A stretch of 13,303 nucleotides of DNA from the IMG/VR virus record IMGVR_UViG_3300045988_118235. One strand, written 5' to 3'. The position numbers and the translations under genes are program-made. Below are positions 1 through 4,383 of this stretch, in pieces. The DNA is from a virus. The notes under the pieces are model-generated. The model searched no databases, was not told the DNA's origin, and saw only the letters and a list, made by a program, of their open reading frames with translations. Each line of letters begins with the position of its first letter. Positions within the stretch are counted from its first letter, which is position 1.

Positions 1-35
1 AAATATAAATACCCCCCCCTGCTAGATGGGAATTA
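1..35. repeat. Left inverted terminal repeat (35 bp) and presumed protein-primed replication origin
   Basis: Bases 1-35 (AAATATAAATACCCCCCCCTGCTAGATGGGAATTA) are the exact reverse complement of 13269-13303. The terminus starts with AAA and reiterates AAATA at positions 1-5 and 7-11. It contains a C8 run that is unusual in this AT-rich genome. A TTTGAAAA block follows both copies at slightly different offsets, so the ITR may extend imperfectly. Confidence 0.9.
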
Positions 36-116
36 AATTTGAAAATGTAAAGAGATTGTAAATATTATAATTATATACTTGACTTTTATAAGACTTTATG
101 AACTAAACATAATAAT

Positions 117-173
117 AAATTACTACTAATATAGTACTAGTTAACAATTACTAACTACTAAATTACTACTAAT
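117..173. repeat. TACTA-rich repeat array between the left ITR and the first promoter. It includes a 14-bp direct repeat, AAATTACTACTAAT, present twice.
   Basis: AAATTACTACTAAT occurs at 117-130 and 160-173. The spacer (TAGTACTAGTTAACAATTACTAACTACTA) contains further TACTA/TTACTAA units and the small palindromes AGTACT, ACTAGT and GTTAAC. The region is non-coding. Confidence 0.6.
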
Positions 174-233
174 TTAAAACTTTCTAAAAATATTAAAATT
201 ATTGTTGACAATTCCAAAAATATTATATATAAT
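174..233 (+). promoter_or_regulatory. Early promoter P1 (sigma-A/sigma-70 type) with an AT-rich UP-like element
   Basis: -35 TTGACA at 205-210, a 17-nt spacer, and -10 TATAAT at 228-233. The upstream A/T tract is AAAAATATTAAAATTATTG. The whole block recurs almost identically at 544-604. Confidence 0.8.
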
Positions 234-264
234 GTTGTTGTCAATAAAGAAGGGAGAAAAATTT

Positions 265-516
265 ATGACACAAAATCAATTGAAAACATTACAAGACTGC
301 ATGAAAGATTTAGAAAATGTAACACAAGAAGAACAGGGAATTTATTACAGCGATTTATTAAGCGTTTTAGTTACAAACGTTGAAAAGATTAGTTATATTA
401 AATTTACTAAAAAAGTTGAACAAGCTATAAGAATTTATATAGTTAGTATTATAGCTAATAAAGATATTGATTATCGTATTAAAAATGAATTGCTAGTCAC
501 GTTTTTAAAATTCTAA
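265..516 (+). CDS. Hypothetical early protein (83 aa)
   Basis: ATG at 265 lies 8 nt after the GGGAG SD (252-256). The ORF-track start at 202 is rejected because it would run through the promoter. The stop is TAA. No motif was recognised. Confidence 0.75.
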   Translation: MTQNQLKTLQDCMKDLENVTQEEQGIYYSDLLSVLVTNVEKISYIKFTKKVEQAIRIYIVSIIANKDIDYRIKNELLVTFLKF

Positions 517-543
517 TTATAAATAGGTTAGGGGATTTATAAA

Positions 544-604
544 TTAAAACTTTTCTAAAAATATTAAAATTATTGTTGACATTTCTAAAAATATTATATA
601 TAAT
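544..604 (+). promoter_or_regulatory. Early promoter P2, a duplicate of P1
   Basis: -35 TTGACA at 576-581, a 17-nt spacer, and -10 TATAAT at 599-604. It differs from the 174-233 block by one T insertion and two substitutions. A conserved leader, TGTCAATAAAGAA, follows both promoters. Confidence 0.8.
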
Positions 605-636
605 AAGCGTGTCAATAAAGAAAGCGAGGAAATTTT

Positions 637-852
637 ATGACATTACAAGATTTTACAAAAGTTAAATACAACAAAAAAATGAAAGAAATAGCTAATATTT
701 TGCTAAGAATGGACGAAGCGGGCAATATAATAGACTTATCAGATTGCTACGGTCGTGCCTCAATTTTTAAAAGATTAGCATATAAAGAGTGTTTAGATTT
801 TTACCAATATTTAAAAAAGAAAAAAATTTGCGATATAATGAATATACTTTAA
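637..852 (+). CDS. Hypothetical early protein, zero-frame part (71 aa). The frame appears interrupted at an A-run.
   Basis: ATG at 637 follows a GAGGA SD (626-630). The ORF ends at TAA 850-852 shortly after AAAAAAGAAAAAAA (813-826). The -1 frame stays open from that run to 959. Confidence 0.75.
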   Translation: MTLQDFTKVKYNKKMKEIANILLRMDEAGNIIDLSDCYGRASIFKRLAYKECLDFYQYLKKKKICDIMNIL

Positions 853-959
853 TGCAAATAATTAGCTATAATATTAATCAATTTACAGTTGCTTTTATTT
901 TTGGCAATGAATTGTATTATATCACAAAAAATAAAAAATCATATTGTGAAATAGCCTAA
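852..959 (+). CDS. Segment in the -1 frame that probably continues the 637 gene, through a frameshift or an indel in the homopolymer run
   Basis: The -1 frame is open from 708 to TAA 957-959. Shifting at 813-819 gives ...YQYLKKEKNLRYNEYTLMQIISYNINQFTVAFIFGNELYYITKNKKSYCEIA, a fusion of 107 aa. An ATG at 852 overlaps the upstream stop (TAATG), but it has no SD of its own. Confidence 0.4.
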   Translation: MQIISYNINQFTVAFIFGNELYYITKNKKSYCEIA

Positions 960-979
960 TAAAGAAGCGTTAAAATATT

Positions 980-1144
980 ATGATAAATTTAACATTTAAA
1001 GATTTAATAAATTACTTGCGCGAAAAGCCTATAAAATGTATATATTTAAAAGATTACTTCTTAGAAAAAACAAAACATTTTAATAACATTCTTGCGCTTA
1101 TAAAATATATTCAAAATATCTATTTTGCTAAAATATTTATATAA
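980..1144 (+). CDS. Small hypothetical protein (54 aa), a short member of the small-protein paralog family. It is absent from the supplied ORF track.
   Basis: The ORF runs from ATG 980 to TAA 1142-1144 and translates as MINLTFKDLINYLREKPIKCIYLKDYFLEKTKHFNNILALIKYIQNIYFAKIFI. Its 25-nt leader, AATAAAGAAGCGTTAAAATATTATG, is homologous to the leaders of the genes at 265 and 637, but the SD is degenerate. The protein shares the IYL...FNN...I.YI.QN.Y pattern with the ORF at 1547. Confidence 0.45.
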   Translation: MINLTFKDLINYLREKPIKCIYLKDYFLEKTKHFNNILALIKYIQNIYFAKIFI

Positions 1145-1209
1145 CATTGAATGGTTAAATAGTATAGAAGATAGTATTTTAATAGGTGCTATATTTAAGG
1201 GTAATAAAT

Positions 1210-1542
1210 ATGATAACCGAGATTAATTTTAAAAATTTTAAGAAAGTGAGGAATATAAAAATGACTATTAAAAAAGAACGAGTAGAACAAGCAATGTTAC
1301 AATTCCAAATTGATTTATTACGAACAAGCACGGAACAATATCATGAATTAAAAGAACTACAAAAAGAAATAAAACAATTAAGCGAGACAGACGATACACA
1401 ACGCAAAACTATTAAGGAACTAAGAAGTATTCTTAAGCGATTTATTAGATATATTAACTATACAAAAGACCCAATATTGAATAGATTTGTTAATGAGTTA
1501 ATTAAAGAATATGGTCCTTTCTTCTTAGGTCTTGGAGATTAA
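1210..1542 (+). CDS. Hypothetical coiled-coil early protein
   Basis: The start is ambiguous. ATG 1210 lies 9 nt after AAGGG, and ATG 1261 lies 8 nt after GAGGA (1248-1252). The GTG at 1186 given in the track is less likely. The sequence is charged and heptad-like (ELKELQKEIKQLSETDD). Confidence 0.6.
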   Translation: MITEINFKNFKKVRNIKMTIKKERVEQAMLQFQIDLLRTSTEQYHELKELQKEIKQLSETDDTQRKTIKELRSILKRFIRYINYTKDPILNRFVNELIKEYGPFFLGLGD

Positions 1543-1546
1543 TAAT

Positions 1547-1759
1547 ATGAATTTAGAAGACGTTATTAAAGAATTAAATTGTGGTTTTTATATAATTCAT
1601 AAAATATATCTATACCCTGATAAATTAAGTGATAAATATATTAAATTTAATAATTTTAATGATTTTATAGACTACATACTACAAAATAATTACGATAAAA
1701 AAAGATTTTGTACATTTTTTAATGTACTTGAACTCTCAATGAGCATAGGTATATTATGA
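1547..1759 (+). CDS. Small hypothetical protein (70 aa), paralog family member
   Basis: ATG 1547 lies 9 nt after GGAG (1534-1537) and is preferred over the TTG at 1532. It carries the motif KIYL-x11-FNNFNDFIDYILQNNY...RF..F, which is shared with the ORF at 2090. The stop TGA lies within an ATGA overlap with the next gene. Confidence 0.65.
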   Translation: MNLEDVIKELNCGFYIIHKIYLYPDKLSDKYIKFNNFNDFIDYILQNNYDKKRFCTFFNVLELSMSIGIL

Positions 1760-2088
1760 CAATAAAATGCGCTGATTTTTGGTTAATTCGTGACAAAATC
1801 GATAAATCACCTAAGTTATATTTAGACGTCGTGGGCGAATATTATTTAGAGCACGTTACGACCGCATATTATTTTGAGAATGATATAGCTTATTATTATG
1901 ATAAGCATATGGTTAAATGGCATTTAGTAGATTTAAGACTACACCGGATTATTTTAACGGCTAAAAATAAAGAAGCCGTTTTACAACTAGCGCACGCAAC
2001 GCGCACAAGAATAAAAGAATATAGAAAACAAAACGAATATATTTACATGTGGCAAGAGTCACAAGAGATTTTAAGGGGGTTACAATAG
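1756..2088 (+). CDS. Hypothetical protein (110 aa)
   Basis: The ATGA overlap with the upstream gene suggests translational coupling. The segment YYFENDIAYYYD weakly resembles the paralog motif. Confidence 0.65.
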   Translation: MTIKCADFWLIRDKIDKSPKLYLDVVGEYYLEHVTTAYYFENDIAYYYDKHMVKWHLVDLRLHRIILTAKNKEAVLQLAHATRTRIKEYRKQNEYIYMWQESQEILRGLQ

Positions 2089-2089
2089 C

Positions 2090-2362
2090 ATGAAATATAC
2101 CACACTAATAAAAAATATTAAAAAGCGTAAGTTGTGGGATACTATTATATACGTTGAAAACGCTGGCAATTATAGAAGAGTATGTCATTTTTATTATTGG
2201 CAAGACTTTGAGGATTATATAAAAGCATACTATCAAAATCAAGAAAGATTTGTAGATTTTTCTCTAACTTATATTAGAAAAAGAAAAGAGCTACATATTT
2301 GGGGTAAAACACCATTTTATATCAAAAAGGAAGGGGGTATTTTATGGGTGAAAAAGAACTAA
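2090..2362 (+). CDS. Small hypothetical protein (90 aa), paralog family member
   Basis: ATG 2090 follows an AAGGGGG SD. The motif IIYV-x11-FYYWQDFEDYIKAYYQNQERFVDF aligns by eye with the ORF at 1547. Confidence 0.65.
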   Translation: MKYTTLIKNIKKRKLWDTIIYVENAGNYRRVCHFYYWQDFEDYIKAYYQNQERFVDFSLTYIRKRKELHIWGKTPFYIKKEGGILWVKKN

Positions 2363-2577
2363 AAGATACAAAAGAAAAATTAGAATTTTTAGAAAGAATG
2401 AACGACTCAAAAGAGTATAAAATAAAAAAATACGAATATTTAATAATACAATTAAACGAGCTTTTAATTAATAGTACTGATATGACACAAATAGATATAT
2501 TTAATGCCTTAGTTGGAAGTAGTGCAATTATATTAAATGACATATTAGATACTTTAGATTTAAATCTAGACTATTAA
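2344..2577 (+). CDS. Hypothetical protein (77 aa)
   Basis: ATG 2344 follows a GGAAGGGGG SD. It overlaps the upstream gene by 19 nt. Confidence 0.6.
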   Translation: MGEKELKDTKEKLEFLERMNDSKEYKIKKYEYLIIQLNELLINSTDMTQIDIFNALVGSSAIILNDILDTLDLNLDY

Positions 2578-2635
2578 ATTGCTTCTCATTCAAATTAACA
2601 TATATTAAAAGAGAAAGAAAGGAGGTTAATTTATT

Positions 2636-3088
2636 ATGAGATTAAAACTTACATTTAACATCAACACAAAGGAGGTGACCTACGAAGACGGGGGCAAAAA
2701 GAAAACTTTTAAAAGCTATTACACTTATTTAAAAGTACCATTTGAAGCACCTGAGGGCGAAGAGGTACCATTTAATTTACATTTTAGACAAGATTGTGAA
2801 AACGCTTACGGTCGTGATTTAAACGGGGTTGTTACCGCTATTGTGGATGTACCTTGGTACGTTGTAGTTAAAAAAGGCAAAACTGAAGATTACACAAAAA
2901 GAGCTTTAGAATTACAAAATGAACTACGTACTAAAGAAAGATTTGATAACATTTGGGTTCATAAAATCTTAGAATACAAACCATTTGAAAAGAAAGAAGA
3001 AAACGACGACGATTTATTAGAATTTGACGTGACAAAAAAGACTAAAGACGTTGAAAACATTAAACCAACCGACGATTTACCATTTTAA
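2636..3088 (+). CDS. Putative single-stranded DNA-binding protein (150 aa) with an acidic C-terminal tail ending in DDLPF
   Basis: The SD is very strong (AAAGGAGG). The N-terminal two thirds look beta-rich. The tail is acidic (EKKEENDDDLLEFD...TDDLPF) and its last residues resemble the bacterial SSB tip DDDIPF. The gene sits in the replication module upstream of the TP and polymerase genes. Confidence 0.45.
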   Translation: MRLKLTFNINTKEVTYEDGGKKKTFKSYYTYLKVPFEAPEGEEVPFNLHFRQDCENAYGRDLNGVVTAIVDVPWYVVVKKGKTEDYTKRALELQNELRTKERFDNIWVHKILEYKPFEKKEENDDDLLEFDVTKKTKDVENIKPTDDLPF

Positions 3089-3100
3089 GGAGATAATAAA

Positions 3101-3364
3101 ATGACAAAAGATATTAATATAACCGATTTTTTCACATATTTTGTAGTCAATTACAAGAAAGATACTAAATATATGGTTTATTTACTAGTATATGGAGGGG
3201 GCAAACTATATATTAATAACGATTTAACCTTTACATATGAACAACCTAATAAAATGAGTTTAATCGGTGTGCTTACTTTATTTGAAGAAATAATTCAATG
3301 CGATTGCGAGAATTTATTAGACATTCTTTATATAAAGGAGGTAAATAATGAAAAAGATTTGTAG
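3101..3364 (+). CDS. Hypothetical protein (87 aa)
   Basis: ATG 3101 lies 8 nt after AGGAG. No motif was recognised. Confidence 0.6.
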   Translation: MTKDINITDFFTYFVVNYKKDTKYMVYLLVYGGGKLYINNDLTFTYEQPNKMSLIGVLTLFEEIIQCDCENLLDILYIKEVNNEKDL

Positions 3365-3614
3365 TGAAGCTTTACAAAAATTTTTAGATACTATACTTCT
3401 TGAAAAAGATAATAGATACTATATTAAATTTATTGGTGAAGAAAAGTATTTATATATATCAAATATATATATAATTGGTAGTTTCGACCGAAAAGTAGAT
3501 ATACATAGCACACCATCGTACTTATATTACTGGGAGGTATTATATATTCTTAATATAATCAAAAAATATGGGGAACAAGAAGAAATAACTAATATAGAAA
3601 TAGGAAAATTTTAA
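3348..3614 (+). CDS. Hypothetical protein (88 aa)
   Basis: ATG 3348 lies 6 nt after GGAGG. It overlaps the upstream gene by 17 nt and shows possible weak similarity to the ORF at 3101. Confidence 0.6.
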   Translation: MKKICSEALQKFLDTILLEKDNRYYIKFIGEEKYLYISNIYIIGSFDRKVDIHSTPSYLYYWEVLYILNIIKKYGEQEEITNIEIGKF

Positions 3615-3616
3615 TT

Positions 3617-4381
3617 ATGCCAAAGAGACTTAAATTAAATTTATCTTACAATGATTTAAATAAAATGTCTCTTGCCGATTTAAAAACCTACGCTATAAAG
3701 CTTAACAATGTTGCAAACTTGAGAGTAAGAAAGCTTAGACAATTTGTGCCTTACTCTCCAGCGTTGTTATCTTATGAAAAAAGCGAATTAGGAACTTTTA
3801 GAATTGGTAAAGAGGCGGATATTAATAGTTTACGTAGAAGTGTTGCAAGAGCTAAACACTTTTTAGACATGGAGACTAGTACGGTTAAAGGTACTATAAA
3901 TGTTACATTACGGACTTTAAAGCGCTTTGGTATAGAGCCTCCCGATTTTAGCAAGAAAGAAAAAAGACCACGAGGGCGACCAAAAGGTTCAAAAAATAAC
4001 AAGAATAAGATTAAAGAAATAAAAGAAAAAAGACCAAGAGGGAGACCAAAAGGCTCAAAAAATAAAAATGCCTATAGTAAATATACCGAGACTATTAAGT
4101 GGTTGTATTCAAAGAGAGAATTATTAAAAGAGTTCTTTGACTTGTATAATAGATACAAAGATTTATATCATGGCGGAGAATTGCCAAGCGATACTATTAA
4201 AGTAGGTATGGATGTATTTTTAGACCTTAAAAACAATTTACTTCAAAAAGTCGGTGACGATTGGATAAATAGAGAAACGGGCGAAATAGTAGACCGAGAA
4301 CAAATTTTTTTTGATATTATGAACCAAAAAATAGAGAGAATGCACGACTATATTTATAGTTCTTACAATCAATATAACTAA
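3617..4381 (+). CDS. Putative terminal protein (protein primer, 254 aa) carrying two tandem AT-hook motifs
   Basis: It lies immediately upstream of the protein-primed DNA polymerase gene with a 2-nt gap, as phi29 gene 3 precedes gene 2. Its size is close to the 266 aa of phi29 TP. The genome has ITRs. KEKRPRGRPKGSKN occurs twice, at aa 114-127 (nt 3956-3997) and aa 136-149 (nt 4022-4063). Confidence 0.5.
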   Translation: MPKRLKLNLSYNDLNKMSLADLKTYAIKLNNVANLRVRKLRQFVPYSPALLSYEKSELGTFRIGKEADINSLRRSVARAKHFLDMETSTVKGTINVTLRTLKRFGIEPPDFSKKEKRPRGRPKGSKNNKNKIKEIKEKRPRGRPKGSKNKNAYSKYTETIKWLYSKRELLKEFFDLYNRYKDLYHGGELPSDTIKVGMDVFLDLKNNLLQKVGDDWINRETGEIVDREQIFFDIMNQKIERMHDYIYSSYNQYN

Positions 4382-4383
4382 AT

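Noticed and set aside
36-204. Possible phi29-type packaging RNA (pRNA) or another ncRNA in the non-coding left end. The same question was asked of the 853-1209 region.
   Set aside because: I found no convincing promoter upstream and no stable GC-containing helices, only A/T repeats. The 853-1209 region is better explained by the frameshifted gene tail and a 54-aa ORF. A pRNA cannot be excluded without covariance or structure searches.
202-264. N-terminal extension of the first ORF (track start at 202, MLTIPKILYIM...).
   Set aside because: It would begin upstream of and run through the -35 and -10 elements of P1. The ATG at 265 has a properly spaced GGGAG SD.
517-542. Inverted repeat TTATAAAT-N10-ATTTATAA just after the first gene, considered as a terminator.
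   Set aside because: The stem is all A/T and only 8 bp, and no T-tract follows it. It is too weak to call and may be incidental or a protein-binding site.
1532-1546. The TTG start at 1532 for the 75-aa track ORF.
   Set aside because: The ATG at 1547 has a GGAG SD at appropriate spacing. The TTG overlaps the previous gene's end and has no SD.
2579-2606. TTGCTT-16-TATATT, considered as a promoter for the SSB-like gene.
   Set aside because: The -35 element matches only 3 of 6 positions, and such matches are common by chance in this AT-rich sequence.
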